This document shows positions 9,996-19,121 of a DNA stretch of 48,378 nt, in pieces. The stretch spans positions 1 through 48,378 of the forward strand of contig CAQFKO010000002.1 in NCBI GenBank assembly GCA_948787875.1, written 5' to 3'. The translations under genes and the position numbers were made by a program. Origin of the DNA: an uncultured Eubacteriales bacterium. Its GTDB lineage: Bacteria; Bacillota; Clostridia; Christensenellales; UBA1242. Each line of letters begins with the position of its first letter. Within the stretch, counting starts at the first letter, position 1. The notes beneath the pieces are model-generated. The model did not search any database, was not told the DNA's origin, and saw only the letters and a list, made by a program, of their open reading frames with translations.

Positions 9996-11393
9996 TTAAG
10001 AATTTTCTTTTTTAGGCAAAGACAAATTTTCCGCATTTTTTTGAGCTACAAGTTTTTTGTGTTCAATAAGTGACTTTATTTCTTCAATCAAAAGTTCGAT
10101 TTTGCTGTTGTCAAATTCAGTATATTTTTCGATAGCAAATTCAAAACAGTTAATAAGGTCCCTTGAAAAATTGTTGTTGCAAAATATTGCACTTGGCAAA
10201 TTAAAACAACTTTTTTCATACTCTTCAAGCGACAAATTGCTTTTATTTAAAACATTGTTTAAATAGTTATAAACAAAATTATTTATCAGCCTTTCTTCAA
10301 TAAGAGCATCAAAAAGGGCAATGTCTTTTATGGCTAACATATCGCTTTTTGGAATTCCGAACAAAATATCCTTTGCATAGCCGTTGTTATAGTTACTGTG
10401 TAAATTGCCGTTATTGTCTTTGTTTCCCTTAAAATATCCTTTTTCGGGATTGGTGCAAAGCATCAAAGCACTTCCGCCAAGACTTTCTTGGTTAAGCTCA
10501 ATAAAGGTGCTGTCTGCCCAATTTTGCAGAGCATCTTTTTGATATTGTTCGGAAATTTGTGTGTTTGTCAAATATAAACCTCCAAAGTTGCCGTTAACAA
10601 TATAATAAGTTTCAAGATTTTTGCTTGGGTCAGAAAAGTCAAGATAGAATAATTGGTTAAAAAAGTTTACTTCGCTGTTTTGTGAGTTGGTTGTATTTCT
10701 TTTTGCATAGTCGTGATTATCTTCTGATGACGGATTGGTTTCTCTTAGCAAATATCTGTTTTTAATATTGGATTTAAGTTCAACATCTTGGTTAAAAAGT
10801 TGGTTGTAGCATTCTGCTTCTATATTAAAATATGCGATTTTTTGATTGCGTGAAAGGTAAGTATTTTTTTGAACATTTTTAGCAACAGAATGAACTTTGT
10901 TTAAAAGGTTATTATAACAACTATCGTCAAAAATAACGCTGATAGGCAAAACATATTCGCTAGTTAACATTTTGTTAATTGAAGGAACATTAATAAAGTC
11001 CTTTGTTGTGTCTGAGTTTCTTACAATGTTCAAATATTTTTCAAAACAGGTTTCGAGGCATTTGTCAATAAGTTTGTTTGAAATGATTTTGTCAAACTTT
11101 TCGGTTTTCATATTTTTAAGTTTTATATACTCGTCAACCGAAAAAACAATTTCGGTATCATAGTTTTTTCCATTCCAAAAGCCATGCTTTGGGTTGTCGG
11201 CAAACATAAAAGTTCCGTCGTTTGTTGCGGTCAAAAAATAACCTTTAAAAAGTCCTTCGCAAATAAGGCTGTGCCAATCGTTTTTGCCTTCTTCTGTTTT
11301 TGAGCCGTCTGCCTCAAAAATAATTTGCGTGGGTATATAAGTGCCGGGCTTGTTTTCTCTGGTGTCTTTTGTTTTAACCAATTCAAAATTCAT
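9996..11393 (-). CDS. Hypothetical protein, paralog B (two copies of the same domain)
   Basis: 465 aa. The N-terminal copy carries GLFKGYFL, TFMFADNPKHGFWNG and EKFDKIISNKLI. The C-terminal copy carries GNFGGLYL, LMLCTNPEKGYFKG, ILFGI and ALFDALIEERLI. Confidence 0.6.
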   Translation of the reverse strand: MNFELVKTKDTRENKPGTYIPTQIIFEADGSKTEEGKNDWHSLICEGLFKGYFLTATNDGTFMFADNPKHGFWNGKNYDTEIVFSVDEYIKLKNMKTEKFDKIISNKLIDKCLETCFEKYLNIVRNSDTTKDFINVPSINKMLTSEYVLPISVIFDDSCYNNLLNKVHSVAKNVQKNTYLSRNQKIAYFNIEAECYNQLFNQDVELKSNIKNRYLLRETNPSSEDNHDYAKRNTTNSQNSEVNFFNQLFYLDFSDPSKNLETYYIVNGNFGGLYLTNTQISEQYQKDALQNWADSTFIELNQESLGGSALMLCTNPEKGYFKGNKDNNGNLHSNYNNGYAKDILFGIPKSDMLAIKDIALFDALIEERLINNFVYNYLNNVLNKSNLSLEEYEKSCFNLPSAIFCNNNFSRDLINCFEFAIEKYTEFDNSKIELLIEEIKSLIEHKKLVAQKNAENLSLPKKENS

Positions 11394-11494
11394 TTTTTTT
11401 TACCTTCTAAATTACAAAAATTATAAATAGATTATTACATATAGTCATATATTTGTCAATACCGACTAAAAAATTTTAATGTAGATTTTTATAG

Positions 11495-11533
11495 AATAAT
11501 AAAACAACTTGCCTCAAAAATAAAGGCAAGTTG
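11495..11533 (-). terminator. Terminator after the GT8 gene
   Basis: Perfect 10-bp hairpin caacttgcct / aggcaagttg, followed on the minus strand by ttttattatt. Confidence 0.6.
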
Positions 11534-11555
11534 ATAGGTGATAATCGCAAATAAT

Positions 11556-12473
11556 TTATTTGCATTTTTCGGCAAAATTTTTAAGTTTGTCATAATACGG
11601 AGTAAGCGAAGCATATTTCCAAAACTCTGCATTAAACTTGCTTCCAAGGTTAATCCAAGGCTTTCTGTCTGCCGAATAGTGCACAATAAAAGGATTTTTT
11701 TCACATTTTTTTATTTCTTCAAAAAGCTCTGCCGGAAGCCTAGTATAAACATTTTTAATATCTTCAACATAATCCCAAGCGGCGTCAATAATTTTAACTT
11801 TGCCCTTGCACAAAAAGTTAAGAACATCTTGGTCATATTGTTTCCAATTTTTTGAAGATGCCATGTCCAGCAGTTGTTTAAGTGAAAATTGTTTGCCGAA
11901 TTCTTCAATATTAATCACAAGCACGCCCGAAATAAAATAGCTGTTAAAATCTTCTATTCCAAGTTCGCTGATTCTGTATTTCGTGCGCTCATAGTTGTTG
12001 TTATAGCAAGCCGCAATGCCCTCATAGTCTCGAACCGCAGCAACAAGATTTTCTTTAACATTAATATCAAAAAGTTTTGCAATATCAACCCTAACAACAA
12101 GGTCGGCATCAAGAAAAACAAGTTTTTCATAGCCCTCAAAAATTGCAGGGGCAAGCAGTCTGTAATAAATTTCTTCTGAATATTTTGTGTTGGTTAGTTC
12201 AGATTCGGTAAAAAAAGTGTAGCCAAAAATATATGGAAGGGCGCACACAAAGCGAATAGAAAAATTGCTTCTCCCGCCTGCCACAGATTCTATTTTGCGT
12301 TGATTTTCTTGACTCATGGCAGAATAAAGCACAACAAGGTCATAGTTAAACTCGGCAGAACTGTTTTCAGCAATAGATGCAACAGTTGTTGCCAATAGCG
12401 GTGCATATTTATCATTTGCCGAAAAACAAACGGCAACATTATTTTTGGCGAAGGCCGGTTTAATAATTTCCAT
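11556..12473 (-). CDS. Family 8 glycosyltransferase (LPS/lipooligosaccharide galactosyl- or glucosyltransferase-like)
   Basis: Motifs are NVAVCFSANDKYAPLL, the DxD motif FLDADLVV and HYSADRKPW. Confidence 0.75.
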   Translation of the reverse strand: MEIIKPAFAKNNVAVCFSANDKYAPLLATTVASIAENSSAEFNYDLVVLYSAMSQENQRKIESVAGGRSNFSIRFVCALPYIFGYTFFTESELTNTKYSEEIYYRLLAPAIFEGYEKLVFLDADLVVRVDIAKLFDINVKENLVAAVRDYEGIAACYNNNYERTKYRISELGIEDFNSYFISGVLVINIEEFGKQFSLKQLLDMASSKNWKQYDQDVLNFLCKGKVKIIDAAWDYVEDIKNVYTRLPAELFEEIKKCEKNPFIVHYSADRKPWINLGSKFNAEFWKYASLTPYYDKLKNFAEKCK

Positions 12474-12571
12474 TTATCATTTGCTCCTAATTTAATTATA
12501 TCAAAGTAAAATTTTATAATCAAACAATTTGCACTCGAATAAATTTTTTATTTTAGCAAAATAATTTTTGC

Positions 12572-12599
12572 TAAAATAAAATCCCCAAAAAGCTGGGGA
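12572..12599 (-). terminator. Terminator after the LOG-family gene
   Basis: Hairpin tcccca / tgggga, followed on the minus strand by tttatttt. A second 16-bp AT-only hairpin lies at 12546-12581. Confidence 0.45.
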
Positions 12600-12603
12600 A
12601 TAA

Positions 12604-13164
12604 TTATTTTCCGAGTTTAAACAAATTATCTCTGGTTTTATTCAGTTCATTAATAACTTCTTCGGCGGTGTTGCACCAAGTAAAATATTTATATTGGTCT
12701 TTTCTCAGTGTTCCCGCTTCAAGCATAAAGTCGTTCATTTGTTTAAGATTGTTATAAAAACCGTTGATGTTAAATATAACTACTTTGTCTGTGTCAAACT
12801 TGCTGTTTATCGAATCGGTAATCATATAAAGCTCCGCAAGTGTTCCGTTTCCGCCCGGCAAAATAATGGTTATATCAGTGTTTCTGAGTGCAATTTGTTG
12901 AAGCATAAAAAGAGTATCCACTTTTGTCAAAGAGTTTGCAATCATTCCTTCCGCCTCGTCGGCATAAGGTGCAGGCACAATAACATCAACAAAACCGTCT
13001 CCGTCAATAATGGCGTTATACATTTCGCCAATAGAGCCCGTTTTTGCTCCAACGCTGATTATTCCGTCATTATGAGCAACAATATCTTTTGCAATTTCTT
13101 TTATTCCGCAAAGGTATTCGGGTTTAATTCTACTGCTCACAGAACCGCATACGAAAATTTTCAT
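12604..13164 (-). CDS. LOG family protein (TIGR00730-type, cytokinin riboside 5'-monophosphate phosphoribohydrolase-like)
   Basis: 186 aa with the PGGNGTLAEL (PGGxGTxxE) motif and an N-terminal Rossmann-like segment IFVCGS. Confidence 0.75.
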   Translation of the reverse strand: MKIFVCGSVSSRIKPEYLCGIKEIAKDIVAHNDGIISVGAKTGSIGEMYNAIIDGDGFVDVIVPAPYADEAEGMIANSLTKVDTLFMLQQIALRNTDITIILPGGNGTLAELYMITDSINSKFDTDKVVIFNINGFYNNLKQMNDFMLEAGTLRKDQYKYFTWCNTAEEVINELNKTRDNLFKLGK

Positions 13165-13253
13165 AAATTCCTCCTAATATCTATTAAAATTTAACACAAA
13201 TATCAAATTTTGGCAAATATTTTCTAATACTATTATTATTCCAAAAATCATTT

Positions 13254-14159
13254 TTAATCTTCAAAAATTTCAAAGTTTGGCGTAAAACTGTTGTTTGCAC
13301 TGCTGAAATCTTGAACGAATGCATTGACAAAATCAAGCTTAATAAGTTTGTTTACAAGAATTTTGTATTCAAGTGGCAAAATTCTTCGGTTGATTTCGGG
13401 AAAATTTTTCGCGTTTCCACATGGCACGTATTGTGACATCAAACTGAAATAAGTTTTGTTTGAAAGGTTTTCATAAACCCAATCAATAATTTGTTCGCTG
13501 TCTTTTGTAAGAGTGGGAAGCACAAGGTGCCTAACAATAAGCCCCTTTTTCATAATGCCGTTTTCAATAACGTCATTTGGTTGTTGCCTTTTCATTTCAC
13601 AAATGGCTTTTTTGCAAAACTCGGGGTAATCAGGTGCAAAGGAATATTTTTTTGAATTTTCAGTCAAATAATATTTAAAGTCAACCAAAAAAACATCTAC
13701 AAGTCCTTCTAATTGTTTTAAAGTTTCTTCGAGTTCATAGCCCGAACTGTTCCATACTATCGGAATTTTGGGTTTATAAATTTTTAATGCGTGAATGATT
13801 TGTTTGGTGTAGTGAGTGGGCGTTACAAGGTTAATATTGTATGCTCCCGCATCTTCAAGTTTTTTAAAAATTTTTGCAAGCTCATTAGGGCTGACTTTTT
13901 TGCCTTTGTGTTTAAAAGAATTTTGATTGCCCGAAATTTCATGATTTTGACAATAAACACAGCCAAGGTTGCAACCCACAAAAAAAACAGCACCGCTCCC
14001 ACGATTTTTTTCTTCGCAGTCACCGCTTATTATCGGTTCTTCAAAGTGGTGCAACATCACTTTTGCAACAAAAATATCTTCGCTTGTTTTGCAATAGCCA
14101 ATATTTTTGCTTCTGTCTGTACCACACTTTCTGGGACAAATATTACACAAGTTTTCCAT
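13254..14159 (-). CDS. Radical SAM protein, PflX-like (pyruvate formate-lyase activase homolog)
   Basis: N-terminal CNICPRKCGTDRSKNIGYC, then the radical SAM cluster GCNLGCVYCQN (CxxxCxxC). Confidence 0.75.
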   Translation of the reverse strand: MENLCNICPRKCGTDRSKNIGYCKTSEDIFVAKVMLHHFEEPIISGDCEEKNRGSGAVFFVGCNLGCVYCQNHEISGNQNSFKHKGKKVSPNELAKIFKKLEDAGAYNINLVTPTHYTKQIIHALKIYKPKIPIVWNSSGYELEETLKQLEGLVDVFLVDFKYYLTENSKKYSFAPDYPEFCKKAICEMKRQQPNDVIENGIMKKGLIVRHLVLPTLTKDSEQIIDWVYENLSNKTYFSLMSQYVPCGNAKNFPEINRRILPLEYKILVNKLIKLDFVNAFVQDFSSANNSFTPNFEIFED

Positions 14160-14242
14160 AAAATTATTATAACTTATTAAGCTTTTGTGTCAAACTGTTT
14201 TAAGTGATTGAAAAAGTTAAAATAGTGTGCTATAATTTTTTT

Positions 14243-15592
14243 ATGCAAATGTTAAAAAAGAATGACGAAATAATGATAAGCATAGAGAGTTTGGGTAGCA
14301 ATGGCGAGGGCATTGCGCACTATTTTGGTGCAACAGTTTTTGTTCCTTTTGCGCTTGTCGGAGAACAAATTTTGGCTCACATTATTTGTGCAAAAAAATC
14401 TTTTTATATTGCAAAAATAAAACAAATTATTAAGCCGTCGCCAAAAAGAGTTACCGCACCTTGTCCGTATTTTGTTAAGTGCGGAGGTTGCGATTTGCAA
14501 CATATCGCCATGGCAGACGAAGCTGACTTTAAAACAGAATTAGTAAAAAATACTTTAAAAAAATATGCAAACATAGATGTTGTTGTAAATAAAACCATAG
14601 CTGACAAAAACGAATATTATTATCGAAACAAATTTGCATTTCCCGTGGCAAACAAAAACGGTTTTGTCACTGTTGGAATGTTCCGAAAAAACAGTCATGA
14701 TATTGTTGAAATTGATAGTTGCTGTTTGCAATCAAGCATGGCAAACACTGTGCTGAAATTATTTAAAGAATATTTAACGGAAAACAAAATTTCGGGCTAT
14801 TGCGAACAGTCAAAAAAGGGAAGCATAAAGCATATAGTTTTTCGAGAGGCTGATAAAAAATTTATTTTAACCGTGGTTGTTGCTGACAAAAATTTTAATA
14901 ATTTTGAGCCACTCATAAAAAAATTAAAAACGCAAAATTATGATTTTGGAATATACAAAAATATCAATTTGCTGGGCAATAATGTAATTTTCGGCGAAAA
15001 AGACGAACATATTTATGGTTTAAAAGAATTGGAGCTAAATGAGTTTGGCATAAAATATTTTGTAAATAACCGAAGTTTTATGCAAGTAAATGATAATATT
15101 AAGTCAAAAATATATCAAAAAATTACGCAGGAAATTAGCGACAGCGAAACTGTTATAGATGCATATAGCGGTGCAGGACTATTGTCGGGCATTGTTGCAA
15201 AAAAAGCGGTAAGTGTTTTTGGAATAGAAATAATAAAAGAAGCGACAAAAAATGCAGATTATTTGAAAAAAATTAATAATTTAAACAATTTGACCAATAT
15301 AAACGGAGACTGTGCAAAGGTTTTGCCTGAGCTTGCAAAAAAAATAAACGGCAATTTTTCGGTAATTCTTGACCCTCCAAGAAAGGGCGCGGACGCAAAG
15401 GTTATTGAAGCAATAAATTCGACTCTGCCTCAAAAGCTTATATATTTGTCTTGCAATCTAGCAACTCTTGCTCGCGACATAAAGGCACTGCTTAATAATT
15501 ATAAAATCAAATTTGTTCAGCCATATAACATGTTTCCGCAAACCGCAAATGTAGAAACGCTTGTGGTGTTAGAAAGGGCGGAGGAAAAGTAA
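14243..15592 (+). CDS. rlmD: 23S rRNA (uracil-5-)-methyltransferase, RumA/RlmD family
   Basis: A TRAM-like N-terminus (SLGSNGEGIA) is followed by the Fe-S motif CPYFVKCGGCDLQH. A SAM MTase core (DAYSGAGLLS, DPPRKG) and a C-terminal YLSCN are present. The start is taken at the ATG at 14243 rather than the upstream GTG of the track ORF. Confidence 0.8.
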   Translation: MQMLKKNDEIMISIESLGSNGEGIAHYFGATVFVPFALVGEQILAHIICAKKSFYIAKIKQIIKPSPKRVTAPCPYFVKCGGCDLQHIAMADEADFKTELVKNTLKKYANIDVVVNKTIADKNEYYYRNKFAFPVANKNGFVTVGMFRKNSHDIVEIDSCCLQSSMANTVLKLFKEYLTENKISGYCEQSKKGSIKHIVFREADKKFILTVVVADKNFNNFEPLIKKLKTQNYDFGIYKNINLLGNNVIFGEKDEHIYGLKELELNEFGIKYFVNNRSFMQVNDNIKSKIYQKITQEISDSETVIDAYSGAGLLSGIVAKKAVSVFGIEIIKEATKNADYLKKINNLNNLTNINGDCAKVLPELAKKINGNFSVILDPPRKGADAKVIEAINSTLPQKLIYLSCNLATLARDIKALLNNYKIKFVQPYNMFPQTANVETLVVLERAEEK

Positions 15593-15741
15593 TGGAAAAT
15601 AAAATAACGCAAAATCAAAATAAAAACATAAAAAAATCGGCAAAAAAATTGCAAAAAGCCAAACTGTCAAAACAAAAAGAGCAGTATTTTGCATTTTATG
15701 ACGACATAAAAAAAGGAAGCGGAAAACAAATTTATTGGTAA
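15592..15741 (+). CDS. Possible 49-aa lysine-rich small protein
   Basis: The ATG overlaps the rlmD stop (TAATG). Translation is MENKITQNQNKNIKKSAKKLQKAKLSKQKEQYFAFYDDIKKGSGKQIYW. It is below the ORF-track cutoff, and I recognise no homology. Confidence 0.3.
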   Translation: MENKITQNQNKNIKKSAKKLQKAKLSKQKEQYFAFYDDIKKGSGKQIYW

Positions 15742-15757
15742 AAATAAAAGAGGTATT

Positions 15758-16636
15758 ATGGAAAAAATAGTTGCAATAGTGGGCTTAACATCTTCCGGCA
15801 AAAGCGGGCTGGGAATAAGTTTGGCAAAAAGGTTTAACGGAGAGATTGTTTCCGCAGATTCAAGGCAAGTGTATAAGGGCTTAGACTATTGTTCGGGCAA
15901 GGTCAGCAAAAGCGAACAGGCAGAAGTTTGTCATCACTTGCTTGATGTTTGTGAACTTGGAGAGCAATTTTCGCTTTTCGATTTTCAGCAAATGGCGTAT
16001 GCCGAAATCGACAAAATTTTAAGCAAAAACAAAGTTCCATTTTTGGTGGGTGGCACAGGGCTATATTCCAGAGCGGTAATAGAGGGTTACAGTTTGTCGC
16101 AAACCAAGCCAAGCGAAAGTTTAAGAAAAGATTTTGAAACTTTGTCGCTTGAACAACTTATTGAATTTTGCAAACAAAATAATATTGAAGTTCCAAGTGA
16201 GCCAACCAAAAGAAGGCTTGTTAGACTTATAGAAAAAACCGACGCTCCGCAAAAAGAAAACTGCCCAAAATACAAAGTTTTGCAAATAGGAATATTTTGG
16301 AGTAGAGAAGAAATTTATAAAAGAATAGAAGAGCGACTAAAAGAGCGCATGCCAAATATGCTTGAAGAAATAAAGTCACTGTTAAATTTGGGCAAAAGCA
16401 AAGAGTTTTTGCGTTCGCTTGGGTTAGAAGCAAAATGTGTTGTTGATTACCTTGACGGAAAGTATAACAGTTTTGAAGAGTTTTTTGAAGATCTATTCAA
16501 GCAAGAAAGGCATTTTGCAAAACGTCAACAGACTTGGTATAACAAAGAAAAAAATATCGTTTGGCTTGATGCAAAAGACAACCTTGAAGAAAAAGCTTTT
16601 CAATTGATAGAAGAATTTTTAAAAAGCAGTGATTAA
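15758..16636 (+). CDS. miaA: tRNA dimethylallyltransferase
   Basis: P-loop GLTSSGKSG, plus SADSRQVYKGLD and VGGTGLY. Confidence 0.9.
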   Translation: MEKIVAIVGLTSSGKSGLGISLAKRFNGEIVSADSRQVYKGLDYCSGKVSKSEQAEVCHHLLDVCELGEQFSLFDFQQMAYAEIDKILSKNKVPFLVGGTGLYSRAVIEGYSLSQTKPSESLRKDFETLSLEQLIEFCKQNNIEVPSEPTKRRLVRLIEKTDAPQKENCPKYKVLQIGIFWSREEIYKRIEERLKERMPNMLEEIKSLLNLGKSKEFLRSLGLEAKCVVDYLDGKYNSFEEFFEDLFKQERHFAKRQQTWYNKEKNIVWLDAKDNLEEKAFQLIEEFLKSSD

Positions 16637-16693
16637 AACAAGTAAAAAGTTTTTCGCCGAAATTATAAAAACACAAGCATAGTTTAAAAAAAT

Positions 16694-16725
16694 ATTTGAT
16701 ACAAAAAGCTGTATCAAATTTTTTT
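16694..16725 (+). terminator. miaA terminator
   Basis: Perfect 9-bp hairpin atttgatac / gtatcaaat followed by T7. Confidence 0.65.
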
Positions 16726-16739
16726 AAGCCTGATTTGAT

Positions 16740-16767
16740 TTGCCAAAACGCAAAATTTTGTTATAAT
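16740..16767 (+). promoter_or_regulatory. Sigma-A-type promoter for hisS
   Basis: TTGCCA, a 16-nt spacer, then TGtTATAAT (extended -10), about 30 nt upstream of the hisS RBS. Confidence 0.5.
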
Positions 16768-16797
16768 AAAAAAGTAAATTATTTAAGAGGAAATATT

Positions 16798-18054
16798 ATG
16801 AAATTTAGCACAACTCCTGTCAGAGGAACAGTAGATTATTTGCCACAAGAAATGGAAATTCGCGACAGAGCAGAAAAAATCATTCTTGAAACCTACAAAG
16901 AGAATGGCTTTTTGCATATCAAAACTCCAATACTTGAAAACTTGGAACTTTTAACAAACGGCGACGACGGCGACAATCAAAAACTTATGTTCAAAACCAT
17001 AAAAAGAGGCGCGTCACTTGATTTAAAAAAGCCCGATTTAACCGAAAAAGATATTGTTGAAGAGGGGCTAAGATATGACCTTACCGTTCCTCTTGTTCGA
17101 TTTTTTTCTAATAACAAAGAAAAACTTGCCTTTCCGTTTAAAGCAATTCAAATTGACGAGGCTTTCAGAGCAGAGCGTCCGCAAAAGGGCAGAGTCCGTC
17201 AGTTCACACAGTGCGATATCGACATTTTGGGCGAGGCTTCTCCGCTTGCGGAAATCGACCTTTTGATTTCTGGTGCAAAGGCTTATGAAAAACTCGGATT
17301 CAAAAGTTTAAGCATAAAAATAAACGACAGAAGAGTTTTAAATCAAATTATAATAAACTCGGGTTTTGAAGCAGACAAAATCACAACCGTTTGCATAAGT
17401 CTTGACAAGTTTGACAAAATCGGAACAGATGGCGTTAAATGCGAGCTTGAACAAAACGGGTTTGAAAAAGAAAATATAAATAAACTTATGAGTATTTTTG
17501 ACAAACTCAAATCCGCAAAGTCAAATCAAGAAAGTTTGGAAGTTTTAAGTTCTATCGGTGTTGGTGAAGAAATCACAAGTTCGCTTTCGCAAATTATTGA
17601 AACCGTGCAAAAATTTATCAGCCCAAGTTTCAATCTTGTTTATGACGCAACCATAATAAGAGGTCAAGGCTATTACACGGGAACGGTTTATGAAGTTTAT
17701 GATTCCGAGTTCGGAAGGGCCATCGGCGCGGGCGGAAGATATGACAAAATGGTAGAAAAATTTACCGGAACTGCCGTGCCGGCTGTGGGTTTTAGCATAG
17801 GATTTTATTCGGTTATAATGCTTATGACCGAAAGGGAAAATTGTTTTGCCGGCAAAAAGTTGGCTCTTATTTATGACAAAAACAGCAGTTTTGAAGATAT
17901 AATTTCGGCGAAACAAAAGTTAATCGAAAAAGGCTTTGAAGTATCCATATTCGCATTCCCAAAAAACTTTAACAATTTTGCAGAAAAGTTAAAGGCAAGT
18001 GGGTATAAATGCCTTGCAAAATTGGCTGATATACAAAAAATAATAAGTTTGTAG
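16798..18054 (+). CDS. hisS: Histidine--tRNA ligase
   Basis: The start is the ATG at 16798 after AAGAGG. Motifs are RGTVDYLP, LRYDLTVPLVRF, FRAERPQKGRVRQFTQCDIDILG (motif 2) and GAGGRYD (motif 3). A C-terminal anticodon-binding-like domain is present. Confidence 0.85.
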   Translation: MKFSTTPVRGTVDYLPQEMEIRDRAEKIILETYKENGFLHIKTPILENLELLTNGDDGDNQKLMFKTIKRGASLDLKKPDLTEKDIVEEGLRYDLTVPLVRFFSNNKEKLAFPFKAIQIDEAFRAERPQKGRVRQFTQCDIDILGEASPLAEIDLLISGAKAYEKLGFKSLSIKINDRRVLNQIIINSGFEADKITTVCISLDKFDKIGTDGVKCELEQNGFEKENINKLMSIFDKLKSAKSNQESLEVLSSIGVGEEITSSLSQIIETVQKFISPSFNLVYDATIIRGQGYYTGTVYEVYDSEFGRAIGAGGRYDKMVEKFTGTAVPAVGFSIGFYSVIMLMTERENCFAGKKLALIYDKNSSFEDIISAKQKLIEKGFEVSIFAFPKNFNNFAEKLKASGYKCLAKLADIQKIISL

Positions 18055-18066
18055 GAGAAAAGATAA

Positions 18067-18654
18067 ATGAAACAAATTGTTTTGGCTTCAAGAAACACAC
18101 ACAAGGTTGAAGAGTTTAATAATATGCTTGAAGGTTACGAAATTTTGTCACTTGACGAAATCGGGTTTGAGGGAGATATTGAAGAAACCGGCACAACAAT
18201 GGAAGAAAATTCAAGAATAAAATCTGAAAGCGTTTATAACTTTTTAAAAGAAAAAGGAAAAGATATTGCAGTTATTGCAGATGATTCTGGGCTTTGTGTT
18301 GATGCCTTAAACGGTGCTCCGGGTGTGTATAGTGCAAGATACGCAGGAAGCCATGACGACGAGGCAAACAGAATAAAACTTTTAAAAGAACTTGAAGGAA
18401 AAAGTGATCGCAGTGCTTATATGGCTTGCGTGATTAGCTATAAAGACAGCCAACACGAAGAAATTTTTGTGGGAAAAACTTTTGGTGAAATAACCACACA
18501 AAAGCTCGGCAGTGATAAATTTGGATATGACAGTGTATTTTATTCTCTTCCTCTCAAAAAAACTTTTGGAGAGGCATCTGCCGAAGAAAAAGACTCTGTT
18601 TCTCATAGAGGCGAAGCCGTAAAACTGTTAAAAGAATTTTTGAAAACTTTATAA
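18067..18654 (+). CDS. rdgB: dITP/XTP pyrophosphatase (Ham1/RdgB family)
   Basis: IVLASRNTHKVEEF, DDSGLCVDALNGAPGVYSARY and FGYDSVF. Confidence 0.85.
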   Translation: MKQIVLASRNTHKVEEFNNMLEGYEILSLDEIGFEGDIEETGTTMEENSRIKSESVYNFLKEKGKDIAVIADDSGLCVDALNGAPGVYSARYAGSHDDEANRIKLLKELEGKSDRSAYMACVISYKDSQHEEIFVGKTFGEITTQKLGSDKFGYDSVFYSLPLKKTFGEASAEEKDSVSHRGEAVKLLKEFLKTL

Positions 18655-18688
18655 ATAAAAACGCCCTTAATTTTTAAGGGTGTTTTTT
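18653..18688. terminator. Bidirectional terminator between rdgB and acpS
   Basis: Hairpin acgccctta / taagggtgt flanked by A-run and T-run. Confidence 0.6.
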
Positions 18689-19034
18689 AATTTAAAATGC
18701 ATATCGCGGTTGAATGTGTCTTTGAGTGCGAAAGTGAAATTTTTATTTCGCTAAGTCCTCTTTTTTCTAGTTCCGCGCAAAGTTTTGAGGTTTTGTTAAC
18801 AAAAGGCTTGCCGTTATTATCTCTCAGAACCTCAATATCCAAAAAAGAAAAGTTTGCATCAGAAAAAGCTTTTATCACGGCTTCCTTAACGCACCACATG
18901 GCGCATAATTTTGATGCATGGTCAATAAAAGTTTTTGCATAACTGTATTCACGCTCAGAAAAAACTTTTTTTAAGAACCTTTCGGAAACATTTTCAAAAC
19001 GCTGATTTAATTCTATATCTATTCCTACTTCCAT
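18687..19034 (-). CDS. acpS: Holo-[acyl-carrier-protein] synthase
   Basis: 115 aa with GIDIELNQRF, WCVKEAVIKAF and the C-terminal SLSHS. Confidence 0.8.
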   Translation of the reverse strand: MEVGIDIELNQRFENVSERFLKKVFSEREYSYAKTFIDHASKLCAMWCVKEAVIKAFSDANFSFLDIEVLRDNNGKPFVNKTSKLCAELEKRGLSEIKISLSHSKTHSTAICILN

Positions 19035-19121
19035 AATTATATTTTAGCCTAATCAAACTTATTTTTCAATCAAATAATTAAAAATATTTTGAATAGTATA
19101 AAAAAAGTGTATAATGTATTT

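Noticed and set aside
12546-12581. 16-bp perfect AT-only hairpin next to the LOG terminator.
   Set aside because: It is best explained as part of a tandem terminator in AT-rich spacer. There is no coding or repeat context.
12604-14159. Radical SAM plus LOG/SLOG pair considered as a nucleotide-signalling conflict module.
   Set aside because: The radical SAM protein has the PflX-type N-terminus rather than a viperin-like one. The LOG protein is the canonical TIGR00730 type. The LOG gene appears to have its own promoter on the - strand in the spacer (TTGCCA-17-TGtTAAATT).
16637-16797. Possible T-box riboswitch upstream of hisS.
   Set aside because: The spacer is too short. I saw no specifier-loop or T-box-like sequence. 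The only strong hairpin is the miaA terminator, and it lies upstream of the hisS promoter.
19089-19121. TTG start of the YfhO-like track ORF, plus similar upstream extensions at 1674, 9899, 14204, 16696, 21846, 28915, 32656 and 36751.
   Set aside because: In each case a downstream ATG with a good Shine-Dalgarno sequence gives a more plausible N-terminus. The track ORFs are simply maximal stop-to-stop extensions.
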